Source: Ascoidea asiatica JCM 7603
Taxonomy: Eukaryota > Fungi > Ascomycota
Direction of reading: 5' to 3'
DNA length: 64,000 bases
Assembly: GCA_001600695.1 (NCBI GenBank)
Contig: BCKQ01000006.1
Coordinates: forward strand, 425,937-489,936
Positions within the stretch are counted from its first letter, which is position 1. Each line of letters opens with the position of its first letter. The notes below the pieces were generated by a model. The model worked only from the letters and a program-made list of their open reading frames with translations. It ran no database searches and was not told the origin of the DNA. The position numbers were made by a program, and so were the translations under genes. Of this stretch, positions 24,164 through 37,081 are shown one piece after another.

Positions 24164-25309
24164 TTATTGAATTAAATCATTTGGAGAAATATCTCTTAAG
24201 ATTAAATTTGAATCAGCAGAAGAAGATAATAAAATTGAATCATTTGGATGATAATCAATATCAATTACAGTACCAATATTTAAAATTTTTTTATTTAATA
24301 AATTATTTGAATTTAAATCAAAAATATTTATTGAATTATCATAAGAACCAGAAATTATTATTGGAGGTCTATTAAAAGAAATATTATCAATAATTTTAGA
24401 TTTTATTAAGAACCATTCATTATCTTCTTCTGAATTAAAATTTAAAGTATTATAAATTAATGAATTAATTCTATTTTTTGAAGAAGAAGAATAATTTATT
24501 GAAGAATTATATGATCTTATTGTACCATCAATAGATTTTGAAATTAAAGTATTATTATCACTTGATAAAGATAATGAAGTTATTGGTTTTGAATGTAAAG
24601 TTTTAATTTGAAATAAAGGTGATGATTGGTTATTATTATCATCATTAGTAGATATATAATTTGTATTTAAATATCTTAAATCATAAGCATTAATTATTGA
24701 ATCAATTCCAGAAGTGAAAATAATTGGATTTGAATTTGAATTTGAATTAGTTAAAGTTAAAAGAGTGAAATTATTTTTAATTTTTAAAAAATTTGAAAAT
24801 TTTAATCTTTGATCCCAAAATTTTAAATAACCAAAATCATCAACAGAATAAAAAATTTGATTAAAATTTAAAATTTCATTAATTATTGAATTATTTTTAA
24901 AAGTTTTAATTTTTTTACCAAAATTTAAATCCCATAAACATAAATTTTTATCAGAACTTGAAGTTAAAATTCTATTAAAATCATTATTTAACCAATTTAA
25001 TGAAGTTATTGCATTTTTATGACCAGATAATTTACCTAAATTAATTTCATTAATATCTGAATTTAAATTTGAATTTGAATTAATTAAATATTTATTTGGA
25101 GTTTTCCAAATTAAAATATCTTTATCAAAACCTGCAGAAGCAATTAAACTACCATCATGATTAAATTTACTTGTTAATACAGGTCCTTTATGACCTTCTA
25201 AGACTAAAGAAGAATAAGGTAATGAAGAAAAAGTTTCAAATGAATTATTATAGTTATTTATTAAATTTGAATTTATTTTTTTTTTTTTTTTAATTAGGGC
25301 AGATTCCAT
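24164..25309 (-). CDS. WD40 protein, probable U5 snRNP 40 kDa (SNRNP40/Spf38-like)
   Basis: Motifs LEGHKGPVLTSKFNHDGSLIASAGFDKDILIW, LSGHKNAITSLNW, and terminal GTVIDIDYHPNDSILLSSSAD, which resembles the U5-40K layout. Confidence 0.7.
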   Translation of the reverse strand: MESALIKKKKKINSNLINNYNNSFETFSSLPYSSLVLEGHKGPVLTSKFNHDGSLIASAGFDKDILIWKTPNKYLINSNSNLNSDINEINLGKLSGHKNAITSLNWLNNDFNRILTSSSDKNLCLWDLNFGKKIKTFKNNSIINEILNFNQIFYSVDDFGYLKFWDQRLKFSNFLKIKNNFTLLTLTNSNSNSNPIIFTSGIDSIINAYDLRYLNTNYISTNDDNNNQSSPLFQIKTLHSKPITSLSLSSDNNTLISKSIDGTIRSYNSSINYSSSSKNRINSLIYNTLNFNSEEDNEWFLIKSKIIDNISFNRPPIIISGSYDNSINIFDLNSNNLLNKKILNIGTVIDIDYHPNDSILLSSSADSNLILRDISPNDLIQ

Positions 25310-25611
25310 TGATTAAAGATATTATTTATCAGTATAATATAAATTTAAGATTATTATCCATTGAATTACAATCAGTTCTTCCCTTTGTTTATTTTTCTCT
25401 TCAATGGGTTGAATGGGTTCTTGATTTAATCATTTATTTGTTTTAATTATTTAGTCTTTCTTATTAAAATCATCTCAATCAATTCATATTGATTCATGAA
25501 TATTTTTTTAAAAAAAAAAGAGGATAGAAATTAATAAATTGAATATATCCGCATAAGAATCCGGGGATTATATCCGTTTAAATTATCCGCGGTTTCTTAT
25601 TTATTTCAAAG

Positions 25612-25619
25612 TTACCCGG
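25612..25619 (+). promoter_or_regulatory. Reb1-like site TTACCCGG in the WD40/INH1 divergent promoter
   Basis: Exact consensus match. A second copy (CCGGGTAA) lies at 32442-32449. Confidence 0.5.
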
Positions 25620-26166
25620 CTCATAGTCACATGATCCAGATCCGTATTACATCAGCCGTTGTCCGTTTACATGGATCAATGCTTTTTTAAAATAAATTGT
25701 ATCCATGCCCGTGTCCGCTCCGGCAGGGGGTGTTTATCCGCGGGTTTTCAATGAGCAGAAAGCAGTGCTGTGATTGGCCACTGCCGCTGGGTCTGGTTAA
25801 CTTCATTAGCTTGAATTTGTATGGGTTTGTTTGGTGGGTCAGAAGCTGAGCTCGGAAGCAGAGAAAGAAGAAGAAGCTCTGGCACCGGAGAGAGATCTTC
25901 GCCTGTTCACTGGGGAAATACTCGACGGTGCCAGAAACACAGGAAAAAGACTGGAATAAAGTATCTGAGGATATTCTGGTTTTGTATGGGAGACTTGATT
26001 CAATCACATAAATTAATAAATAAATAAATAAATAAATAAATAAAGAGAGAATACTTCAATCATAAGAATAATCATAAGAATAATCAAAAGAAGATTATAA
26101 ATCATCAATTTAAATATATTCAATTATATTATTCATTACATCTCCATAAATCAATTCAATTTAATA

Positions 26167-26513
26167 ATGTCATTAAACTTATTCTCTCGTCGTGTTTTTT
26201 CAATCACTCCTCGTTCTTTATCAAGTGTAAGAACTTATTCTGAAGGTGCAACTGGTTCAACAAGAAGTGATGGTTCTTCTGATGCTTTTACTGTAAGTAA
26301 TTTATTCAATCCATTATCTATTAAATATTATATTCAATCATATTTACTAACTAACTAATCCTTTCTTTATTTATTTAGAAACGTGAAAAAGCAAATGAAG
26401 ATTATTATGTTAAAAAACATCAAGCTGAACAATTAGCAAATTTAAAAGAAAAATTAAAGAATTTAACTAAAGAAAAAGCTGAAGTTGAACAAAAAATTGG
26501 TAATTTAGAATAA
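26167..26513 (+). CDS. INH1: Mitochondrial F1Fo-ATPase inhibitor (IF1), 2 exons: 26167-26292 and 26379-26513, 86 aa
   Basis: Spliced product ..YSEGATGSTRSDGSSDAFT|KREKANEDYYVKKHQAEQLANLK.. Intron 26293-26378 has GTAAGT, TACTAAC (26345-26351) and TAG. Confidence 0.95.
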
Positions 26514-27093
26514 ATATACAGTATATTTAATCAACTAACTATATTAATTCATTATTAACTTAACAAATTAACAAATTAACAACTTATTACCTTTACCTTT
26601 TTTTTTATTTTATTTAATATTATTTATCATTTATCTCTTTCAATATATATTCAATTAACTAAAAAAAATAAATTACTTTTTAAAATTTAATTTAAATTTG
26701 TACTGTAGTTTCATTAACAAAACCCATTTTATATTTAGCCCTGGCACATTCATTACTTTTCTTCTAACTCACAAATTACCATTTAATTATTCGATATTTT
26801 ATATCTCTTCTCAGATTATAACATTATAATATATCATTCTTTCTATTATATATATATCAGTATCTATTATATATTATCTAACATTATTCATTTACTTCCC
26901 GAATTAAATCTCTTTAAAGAATAAGATTTGTTGAGTTTGCTCACTTTTTTCACTTATCCGTTTATTAACTTACTAATAATAACAATAACAATCATCTAAT
27001 TTAATCCTTATTTATTTCTTTATTTCATTCAATTCATTATATTATATTCTCAAGTTATCTTATATTCAATTATATCATATCATATTATATCAA

Positions 27094-27772
27094 ATGAATA
27101 TATTGAATATATCAAATTCATTAAAGATGGCAAATCAATTGAATAAATATTTAAAATTTAATTCAAATTCAAAATTAATATCATTTAATAAATACATATT
27201 TAAAAATTATTCTTCATCTTCAATTGATTTGAAAAAAAAATCAAATGAATTAAATAATTTAATTCCAAATAATAAATTATCTCCATTAAATATAATATTA
27301 TTACCAATAACAAATAAAAAAAATTTTATTTATTATAATTTTAATAAAAAATTTGATATTTCAACATATATTTTATTAAAAAATGAAAATAATAATTCAA
27401 ATTTTAATTTCAAAGAAAGATTTTCAATATATTCAAATAAATTAATTTTTAAAAGTAATAAAATTTGGTTAAATTTATTAAAAAATAATAATAAATTTAT
27501 TAGAATTTGTGTAAATTTTATTCAAAATTTAATTAATAATATAAATTGGTTTGAAATTTGTTTAAAATCATTTCCATCTAAGAATATTATCATGAGAGAA
27601 ATTAAATTAATTGATCAGTCAAATGAAAATTTAAATGATAATGATAATGATAATGATAATGATAAAAATAAAAATAAAAATTTAAAATATTTAAATAATT
27701 CAGATATTAATGAAATTTTATTAAAAGAATTTAAATTAAATCATGAAAATAGAAAAAAATTATTAAAATTTC

Positions 27773-27807
<35 letters not shown>

Positions 27808-28266
27808 GATTTGTTAAATAATTCTCATTCTTCACTTTCAATTACACCAAATGATATTAATGAATATAAAATTAAACAAAATATTTTAAAACCAATACCT
27901 TTATATTATCCAAAAAAATATTTTAATCATTCTCAAATTAAAATTTATTTAAATAATTTAATTTTTTTAAATTCTAAAAAACATTATAAATATTTATCAT
28001 ATTGTTTAATTGGTTTACCAATAACTTTACCAATTGCAATTATTCCATTAATACCAAATTTTCCTGGATTTTATTTATGTTATAGAATTTATTGTCATTA
28101 TAAAGCAATCACTGGTTTAAAACATTTAAAATATTTAATGGGTAATAATATTAATAATAATCAATTATTATATACAGAATTAAAGGAATTTAATGAAATT
28201 TATGAAAAATATAGTGATATTAAAGATAATTTAAAATTTAATGATAACAATAACAATAACAATAAC

Positions 28267-28314
<48 letters not shown>

Positions 28315-28449
28315 GACGAAGTTTTAGTTATAAATGAAAAAATAATTGAAGAAATTGTAAATTTTACTGGAATTTCTGAATTAAAAGATCCTTTAGAAAT
28401 AAGTTTAAAACAAGAAAACAAGAAAATAGAAAAAAATCAAGAGAATTGA
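27094..28449 (+). CDS. MRX19: Mitochondrial K+/H+ exchange-related protein (YDL183C family)
   Basis: Segments INWFEICLKSFPS and CLIGLPITLPIAIIPLIPNFPGFYLCYRIYCHYKAITGLKHL; synteny with LYS20/INH1/RPL41. Confidence 0.82.
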
Positions 28450-28891
28450 AAAGACTTAAGAAAATCAGAATGGTAATTGTAATTGATTTCAAAGAGAATG
28501 AAAGTTGTGTAAATATGTTGTAGAATAATTAAAATTAAATAAATAAATAAGTAAAATAAAATACTATTTTAAAGGGAAATAAAAAATTAAAAATCAAAAA
28601 AAGGTTATAACCGAAAGCCGATAACCGGAACCTTCAGACCTCTTTAAAAAGGGGTTTATAGAAGAAAGTATCGTGACTTGCATGAATCCAGATTTACGGA
28701 ATTTTCCTTTTTACCAAAAAAGTTTGTTGATGTTTGAAGCAAATTGATTATTAATGAAACATTTGCTGAAATATTTGATTTAATGATTAATTGATTAATT
28801 AATTGAAGAAGAAGAAGAAGAAGAAGAAGAAGAAAATCTATTCCTTTTGATTATCTTGTAAATACTTTATAAGCTAGATCTTTTAATCAAA

Positions 28892-30717
28892 ATGGAGTCC
28901 TTGGATGATCGTAACTTGGCTTTGTTGAATTCATATCTATTATTATTATCTCCATATGATTCATTTAAATCATTATATCTTCAAAATCAAAATATTGAAA
29001 AAGATTCAGATTTATCAAATACAATTCATTCTATATCATTAATACTAAATGGTCATTCAATAAAATGTTTAGATGATTTTCTTAGTGAAAAATTATTATT
29101 CAATGAAAATAGTTGTAAGATCTTAAAAGTTTATTCGGAAGATTTACAAAATTATAATAAAAATAATAAGACTATTGAAAATTCCAATAATGATCAAAAT
29201 GATGATTTAAATTTCGAAGAAATTGATAATAAAGTAAAAAATCAATCATTACCAAATTTAAATATCTACCTTAAAGAAATATTCGATTCATTTGTATTAG
29301 ATCAAAATAATAATCAATTTGATTTATTAATTATTGCAATTTCTTTATTACAATTATTTATTCAATTAAATTTCACAGGTCCTTCATTATATAATAATTC
29401 AAATTTATTTAAATTTTTAACAGAAAATTTATTTAATTTAAATGAAAACAATGAAGAATTAAAAAATTTAATAAATTTTGAAATTTTAAAATCTTTAGAT
29501 TTAAATGGTCAAAAAATTTATTCATTAACGGATTATCCAATTTTATTATTATTTTCTTTACATTTATTTGAATCTTTAATTTCAACTAAAACTAATGATT
29601 CTTTATTAATTAATAATAATACTTCAGATTTTAAAATATTTGAAAATTCAATATCAATTTTACTCAAGTCTATAAATTCAAATGATATTTTATTATCTTC
29701 AATAATATGGTGGAGATCAAGAGCTTTACAAGTTCATTATTCTTTATTTTTTGAAAATAATTCATTTATACCAATAATTTCAAACTTATTATTAAATTAT
29801 GATAAAATCTTAGATAATATAGTCAATAATTTAATTCATTCAAATAATTCAAATGATATTGATGATATCAATAATAATAATATAATTAAAAATGTAAAAT
29901 CAAGATTTTATTTAGAAAAATCAAGAATTTTTATTCATTGTAAAAATGAATCATTTTCTCTAAATTTCTTAAATGATTTAAAAAAATTAAATCAATTTAA
30001 TTATATTTTAACTGCAACAAAAGCAAAAAAAACTAAATATCAAGAAAATACAAAATCAACTTTAATTTTATTAGCAAAATCAATTAATCAAAATTTATTT
30101 GATGATTCTTATATAATTAAAAAAAAAAATAATAATTCAAATCAAATTCAAAATCTTGATTTAAATTCAGATTATATCTTAGAAAAACCAATTTATGAAA
30201 AACTTGATAATGATGAAGATGATCAAAATAATAATGAAAATGATAATGAAAATGATAATGAAGACAAAGATGAAAGATTTTATAAAAATGAATTTGATAA
30301 TTCTTTAAAAATTGAAAATATAATACCAATTGCAATGAAAAAAAATTTAATTCCATCAACTCTTTTAAATCTTGATCTTAATAATCAACCAAGATTAAAT
30401 GATTTAGATAATATTCAATTATTATCAAGATATTATATAATTAGACAAACTTCTCCATATAAAGATCAATTAATTGAAGAACAATTATTATCATTAATTC
30501 AAAGAATTTTATTTACTGAAGATAATAATAATGAAAATATTAAAAAAAATGAAAAATCATTAATTAATTGGACTATTTTTTCAAAATGTTTATGGGAAAG
30601 ATCAATTATAGAATCAAATAGAAATAAAACTATTGAAAGAGGTATTTTACAAATGCAAACTTTAGTTGAAGAATTAGGTATGAAAATTAAAAATAAATAT
30701 ATTCCTGAAATTAAAAC

Positions 30718-30759
<42 letters not shown>

Positions 30760-32032
30760 CCAGATAAATAATGATGATTTAGAAGAATTTAATGAAAGTT
30801 CAGAAAGATTAAGATTTATACATCAATTACCTTTATTACCAAGATGGAATATGGATTCTCAATTAGCAGAAAAATATAAATCATATGGATTATTTAAATC
30901 AGCTATTGAAATTTATGAAAGATTAGAAATGATTAATGAATTAGCTATATGTTATTTAGCAAGTGGAGATGAAAAATCTGCAGAGAAAATATTAATTAAA
31001 AGAATTAAAGAAAATCCAGATGATGCAAGATCTTTATCAATTTTAGGTGATATTAAACAAGAACCAAAATTTTGGTTAAAATCATGGGAAATTGGTAAAT
31101 ATAGTAATTCAAAATTTTCATTAGGTAAATATTATTTTTATAATAAAAAAAATAGAGATTTAAATAAAAGTTTAAAACATTTAAAAGATGGATTAAATAT
31201 AAGTTCATTAAATTTTGATAATTGGTATTTTTATGGATGTGTTGCATTAGAATCATTAAATTTTGAAACAGCAACAAAAGCATTTAGTAAATGTGTTTCA
31301 ATTGATGATAGAAATTCATATGCATGGTCAAATTTAAGTTCATCATTATTAAGATTAAATAAATTTGAAGAATCTTTTAGTGCATTAAAAATTTCAACAC
31401 GAATGATGGATAAAAATAAAGAAAATAATAAAATTTGGGAAAATTATTTAATTGTAAGTTTTAAATTAAAAAAATGGAATGATGTTTTAATTTCAGTTAA
31501 AAAATTATTTGAATTAAATAAAAATGAAAATGGTGAAAAAAGTATTGAATTACCAATTATTGAAAAATTAATTGAAATTTTAGTTGAAGATAAATATCCA
31601 AATATTGAAAATGGAGAAAAATTAACATTTTTTCAAAAAGAATGTATTAAATTTGTTTGTAATGATATACCAAATTCAATCAATTCAGATATTAGATGTT
31701 GGAGATTAGTTAGTAAAGTTGAATTATGGAGAAAAAAACCATGGGAATGTTTAAGTTGTTATGAAAAGGCATTTAGAGCAATAATTCATGATCCAAAAAT
31801 TACAATTGATGAAAATATTTGGAATGAAGCTGTAATTTGTTGTGAAGAATTAATTTCATCATATGAATCATTTGGTGAATTACCTGGTAAATTTGGAGCA
31901 GATGATTTAGTTTGTAAAAATTGGAAATATAAAGCAAAATCAAGTATTAGATCACTTGTGAGTAAAGGAAAAAAAATGTGGGAAGATTCAGAAGGATATG
32001 AGAAATTAGTTCAACTAAAAAATGATCTCTAA
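28892..32032 (+). CDS. EMW1: TPR protein of the TTC27/Emw1 family
   Basis: Motifs LQLFIQLNFTGP, KKTKYQ, LWERSIIE..TIERGILQMQTLV, TPR block, and C-terminal DDLVCKNWKYKAKSSIRSL..WEDSEG. Confidence 0.9.
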
Positions 32033-32052
32033 TTAGATAGAGATAGACAATC

Positions 32053-32106
32053 TAATAATTAATAATTAATAATTAATAATTAATAATTAATAATTAATAA
32101 TTAATA
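32053..32106 (+). repeat. (TAATAAT/AATAATT) 7-bp tandem repeat 3' of EMW1
   Basis: Read directly. Confidence 0.8.
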
Positions 32107-32271
32107 GTGAATAATTAATAAATGTATATTCAAAAAACTACCTTTGATTCACTCCTCATTTTTTTCATGTAAAAGTATATAATCATTGCACTTCACTATG
32201 GAGACATAAATAATACAAATAAAAAGACAGATAAATGGATAAAAACGACATTCTCAGGACTCGAATGGGCG

Positions 32272-32387
32272 TAGGGCTCTTTTGTATAGCCCTGACTATT
32301 ATCAGCTGATAATTAAGCAGTCACATATGTTGGTAGCACTGGCTCCAAAGACCCCTTTTTAAAATAATAAACCCCAATGTCCACGTG
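32272..32387. promoter_or_regulatory. RPL41 promoter: inverted Tbf1-like pair TAGGGCT..TAGCCCT (32272-32293) and E-box CACGTG (32382-32387)
   Basis: Motifs seen directly; they match the Tbf1+Cbf1 ribosomal-protein promoter design of Candida-type yeasts. Confidence 0.65.
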
Positions 32388-32587
32388 CCACTGTTAAATA
32401 CCGGCTGACTAAGCCCAGAACCCTGGGTTTGAGTGGCGACACCGGGTAATTTTCCCCAGAGGAGAGATTCTCGTGCTGGCGCTGCTGGGCTTCTTCTTCC
32501 CTGGGAACATAAAAACGATCCGTTTCTGCTTCTTAACACTGTTTGTTCTTTTGCTATTCAGTATACATCTAGAACAGCAATTTTTCA

Positions 32588-32836
32588 GTAAGTGAATCAC
32601 CAACACCATCATCAGTCAATATCAGTAGATGATCAATAATAATTATATTGCAATTATGGATAGTCAATTGGAAGAAATCAATTGATTATAATCAGTAATC
32701 AATGAATATTCATTGGATATGTTAATTACTAGCTTTGCTTTATTGATAATATTGATCATCAGTTGACAATTGTATTTCAATTACATTATCTTTTGTAATC
32801 AAGATTCGTTAACTAACTAAATTCTATTTTATTTAG
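32588..32836 (+). other. Spliceosomal intron in the RPL41 5'UTR
   Basis: GTAAGT donor at 32588, AACTAACTAA branch region at 32811-32820, TTTAG acceptor 2 nt before the ATG. Confidence 0.8.
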
Positions 32837-32838
32837 AG

Positions 32839-32916
32839 ATGAGAGCCAAGTGGAGAAAGAAGAGAGTCAGAAGACTTAAGAGAAAGAGACGGAAGGTTAG
32901 AGCTAGATCCAAATAA
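32839..32916 (+). CDS. RPL41: Ribosomal protein L41 (25 aa)
   Basis: Translates to MRAKWRKKRVRRLKRKRRKVRARSK*; below the ORF-track size cutoff. Confidence 0.99.
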   Translation: MRAKWRKKRVRRLKRKRRKVRARSK

Positions 32917-34747
32917 GCGGACGAACTTTGATTCTATTTAATAAAAATTTAATAATTTTTTAATCTCCTTTAATTTCAAAAAACAACTATTGGTTATATT
33001 ATTATTATTATGCTTTAGGTTAATTTTAATTATTTATGATGGATGATATTGATGGTAATTTAAATTTAATAAAAAAAAATTGTTTATTAATTAGATAAAT
33101 TTCGGTTTTTGGTTTCTGGTTCTTTAAATAAAAGTACCCTTCGAATTTTAAGTTTTTACATTATTTTAACTAATTTTATAATTTATTATTTCTTTGTATA
33201 GTTTATAATATCGAAGTCTGCAAAAAAAAAAAAAAAAAAAAAACGTTTTCTTTATAAATTGTAGTTCAAATTGTGATTTAATTGATTGAATTGTCAATTG
33301 CTCTTTTATTGATATCCATTTAACATATATATAATACAAAGTTTGAGATTTATCAGTTTTGGTCATTAAGATTGTTATTTATAAGAGATTTAATTTCTTT
33401 ATCTTTAGTAAATAAGAAATCAAACCAATTTAAATTTAAATAATTTGAATTTGATAAAATTGAATTAAAATCATGAATAATTTTAAAAAATTGCCAATTT
33501 TTATCTAAAATTTTATATAAATTTAATTCAATATTTAAATAATTTTGATTAATTAAAAATTTATAAGAAATTCTACAAATACAACAAATTTTATAATTAT
33601 AATTTTTTTTTCAATTTGAACAAAATATTAAATGTCCACAATTTATTGAATAATAATATAATTTTTTAGAATTATTTAAATTATTTAAACATATTGGACA
33701 AATTATTGAATTATTTTTTTTATCATTTTCAATTAATGGTAATAATCTATTTAAAATATTTTTATTTATAATTTTAAAATGACATAATTTTAAATTATTT
33801 AAATAAATAAATAAAATTTTCCATTGAATATATTGAAAATCATTTGAATTATTATAAATTATTTTATTTAATCTTTTTTAGAAAAACTTTTTAATCAATT
33901 GAAATTATCAAATATTGAAATTGAGTCAATTTTTTATAATATTTATATATCTAGGAATTTAAAAGGGGATAGATATACTGTATATATTTTATTGTTTTCT
34001 TTTTTAATTGTCATTATTATTTTTCATATTATCATTTATATTCTTCTTTCAAAAGGAATAAATTTTATTGACTTTGAATAAGTTAATATTTATCCAGAGT
34101 TAAATCAATTTATTCGCTTCTTGATCATAAATTCAATATATTTATGATAATTAATAGATGATAATAAAGGATAAAGAATATATAAAATATACGCATATGA
34201 GAATAACAGCCAATAGGAACAGAGCAGCCGAATGGGGAAACAGTCCGAAATAGGCAACTTCAAAAACTGCGGAGTCTGCATAAAAGTACAGCGAGACCAT
34301 ATTTGTGGATGTTCTTATTTGAGGCCAGAAATACGGTACTTCTTTTCAAAGTCAGGTGACATTTCAAATCCGCCTGCGTGACCATCCGGGCTCAGCGGTT
34401 CTTCTCCGGGGAACATCCTCATCATCATGTTCTTCTTCTGCTTCGTCGTCTCTCGCAGCTCGATCGCCACTTTATCTCAGTTCTGGTTCAGTTCTGACTC
34501 TGTTCTAGAGCAGATTCAAATTCTGCTGTTTCTGCTGCTTTTGCTTCTCTTTCTTCTTCTCTTCTCGTTGTCTTCTGCTGCTCGCTCGCCTTCTCTGGTC
34601 TTGTAAATACACCCAAACACTCTTCAGGCTTAGATATTATACAACTATTATAATTACTATATAAAGAAATAACTTCATTCTCATTTCCAAATATTCACTT
34701 TCAATATTCATTTAATCTAAATTATATTTTTATTATAAATTATACAA

Positions 34748-37081
34748 ATGAATAATATAAATTTATCAACAATATCAAGATCTTCATTCATTCAGAATGT
34801 ATCTAAATCTCTTTTAAATCATACTCTATTATCTTCTCCATTATTACTAAGATCTTCATTTTCAATCTATAATCATATCAATAACAATAATAATAAAAAT
34901 AACAATAAAATAAATATATCTTTATCAAAAAGAAGATTATTCTCAAATTCAAGTTATATCCAATCTTCTTCAACATCAACAAATAACTCATTAACTAATC
35001 CATCAGGTTTTAATAATAACAATAACAATAATAATAACAACAATAATAATCAATATGATTTATCAAATAATCCAAATTTAAAAAATTATTTAGCTTTAAA
35101 AGAACAATTTGCAAATTCAAATTTACAAAATCCAAATATTCAAGCTGATTTTTATAAAATTTTATTAAATTCAAATTTTTCAAATATTATTATAAAAAGA
35201 TTTGAAACTAATGGTATTTCAAAAAATTTAAATTGTATTTATTATTATATTCAAGCTTTAAAAAAAACTGGTAATTATATTAAAGCTAATCAACTTCAAT
35301 CTCAATATCAATCTCAATTAAATACTTTAAATATTAATAATTCTACTAGTATCACTAATAGTAATAATGATTTAATGAATAATAATAATAATAATAATAT
35401 CAATAATTTAAATACAAATAATAATAGTAATGATTTAGGTATTAATAATATGGGAACAAAACAATTACCTGTTCATGTGGTAATAACTGAATCTGGTTGG
35501 ACTATATTAACTAAATTATTAAAAACTTTAATTCCAATTGGTTTATTAACTTGGGCTGGTATTGAAGGTTTTAATTGGTTAATTGAAAATGGTAATATAC
35601 TTAAAAATTCAGAAATTAATGATAAATCAATTGATGGTTCAACTTCAAATGTAAAATTTAATGATGTTTGTGGTGTTGATGAAGCTCGTGCTGAATTAGA
35701 AGAAATTGTACAATTTTTAAAAGATCCAAGTAAATTTACTGGTCTTGGTGGTAAATTACCAAAAGGTGTACTTTTAACTGGTCCTCCAGGTACTGGTAAA
35801 ACTTTATTAGCAAGAGCAACTGCTGGTGAAGCTGGTGTACCTTTTTTTTTTATGTCTGGTTCTGAATTTGATGAATTATATGTTGGTGTTGGTGCAAAAA
35901 GAGTAAGAGAATTATTTAATCAAGCAAGATCAAGAGCTCCAGCAATAATTTTTATTGATGAATTAGATGCTATTGGTGGTAAAAGAAATCCAAGAGATCA
36001 AGCTTATGTAAAACAAACTTTAAATCAATTATTAGTTGAATTAGATGGATTTTCTCAATCAACTGGTATTATAATTATTGGTGCAACTAATTTTCCAGAA
36101 TCTTTAGATAAAGCTTTAACAAGACCTGGAAGATTTGATAAAATTGTTAATGTTGATTTACCTGATGTTAGAGGTAGAACTCAAATTTTAAAACATCATA
36201 TGAAAAATGTTGAAATTGGTAATGATGTTGATCCTTCAATTATTGCAAGAGGTACTCCAGGTTTATCTGGTGCTGAATTAATGAATTTAGTTAATCAAGC
36301 TGCTGTTTATGCTTCTCAACAAAATGCTTTATCTGTTGATATGCCTCATTTTGAATGGGCAAAAGATAAAATTTTAATGGGTGCTGCAAAAAAAACAATG
36401 ATAATGACTGAAGATTCAAGAAAATCAACTGCTTTTCATGAAGCTGGTCATGCAATTATGGCTTTATATACTCCTGGTGCAACTTCTTTATATAAAGCAA
36501 CTATTTTACCAAGAGGTAGAGCTCTTGGTATAACTTTTCAATTACCTGAAATGGATAAAATTGATTTAACTAAAAAAGAATGTCTTGCAAGAATTGATGT
36601 TGCAATGGGTGGTAAAATTGCTGAAGAAATTATTTATAATCCTGAAAATGTAAGTACTGGTTGTTCTTCTGATTTGACAAGTGCAACTGGTGTTGCAAGA
36701 GCTATGGTAACTCAATATGGTATGTCAAATAAAATTGGTCCAGTAAAATTATCTGATGAATGGGATTCTTGGTCTCCAAAAATTAGAGATATTGCTGATC
36801 AAGAAGTTTTAACTTTATTAAAAGATAGTGAAGAAAGAACAAGAATTTTATTAAATGATAAAAAATTAGAATTATCAAGATTAGCTAATGGTTTATTAGA
36901 ATATGAAACTTTAACAAAAGATGAAATGATAAAAATTGTAAATGGTGAAACAATTGATAAAAATAGATTAATTTCAAATACTGTTGTTAAAGGTAATAAT
37001 GGTCGTGATAAAGTTTCTGATAAAGGAAATTCTGATAAACCTCAACAACCTTTTCCACCTGTAATGGAACCTCAAACTTAA
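34748..37081 (+). CDS. YME1: Mitochondrial i-AAA protease
   Basis: Walker A GPPGTGKT, Walker [18 protein letters not shown], and HEAGH zinc motif. Confidence 0.97.
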   Translation: MNNINLSTISRSSFIQNVSKSLLNHTLLSSPLLLRSSFSIYNHINNNNNKNNNKINISLSKRRLFSNSSYIQSSSTSTNNSLTNPSGFNNNNNNNNNNNNNQYDLSNNPNLKNYLALKEQFANSNLQNPNIQADFYKILLNSNFSNIIIKRFETNGISKNLNCIYYYIQALKKTGNYIKANQLQSQYQSQLNTLNINNSTSITNSNNDLMNNNNNNNINNLNTNNNSNDLGINNMGTKQLPVHVVITESGWTILTKLLKTLIPIGLLTWAGIEGFNWLIENGNILKNSEINDKSIDGSTSNVKFNDVCGVDEARAELEEIVQFLKDPSKFTGLGGKLPKGVLLTGPPGTGKTLLARATAGEAGVPFFFMSGSEFDELYVGVGAKRVRELFNQARSRAPAIIFIDELDAIGGKRNPRDQAYVKQTLNQLLVELDGFSQSTGIIIIGATNFPESLDKALTRPGRFDKIVNVDLPDVRGRTQILKHHMKNVEIGNDVDPSIIARGTPGLSGAELMNLVNQAAVYASQQNALSVDMPHFEWAKDKILMGAAKKTMIMTEDSRKSTAFHEAGHAIMALYTPGATSLYKATILPRGRALGITFQLPEMDKIDLTKKECLARIDVAMGGKIAEEIIYNPENVSTGCSSDLTSATGVARAMVTQYGMSNKIGPVKLSDEWDSWSPKIRDIADQEVLTLLKDSEERTRILLNDKKLELSRLANGLLEYETLTKDEMIKIVNGETIDKNRLISNTVVKGNNGRDKVSDKGNSDKPQQPFPPVMEPQT

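Noticed and set aside
26167-26358. 63-aa unspliced ORF
   Set aside because: Reads into the INH1 intron; the spliced model gives the conserved protein.
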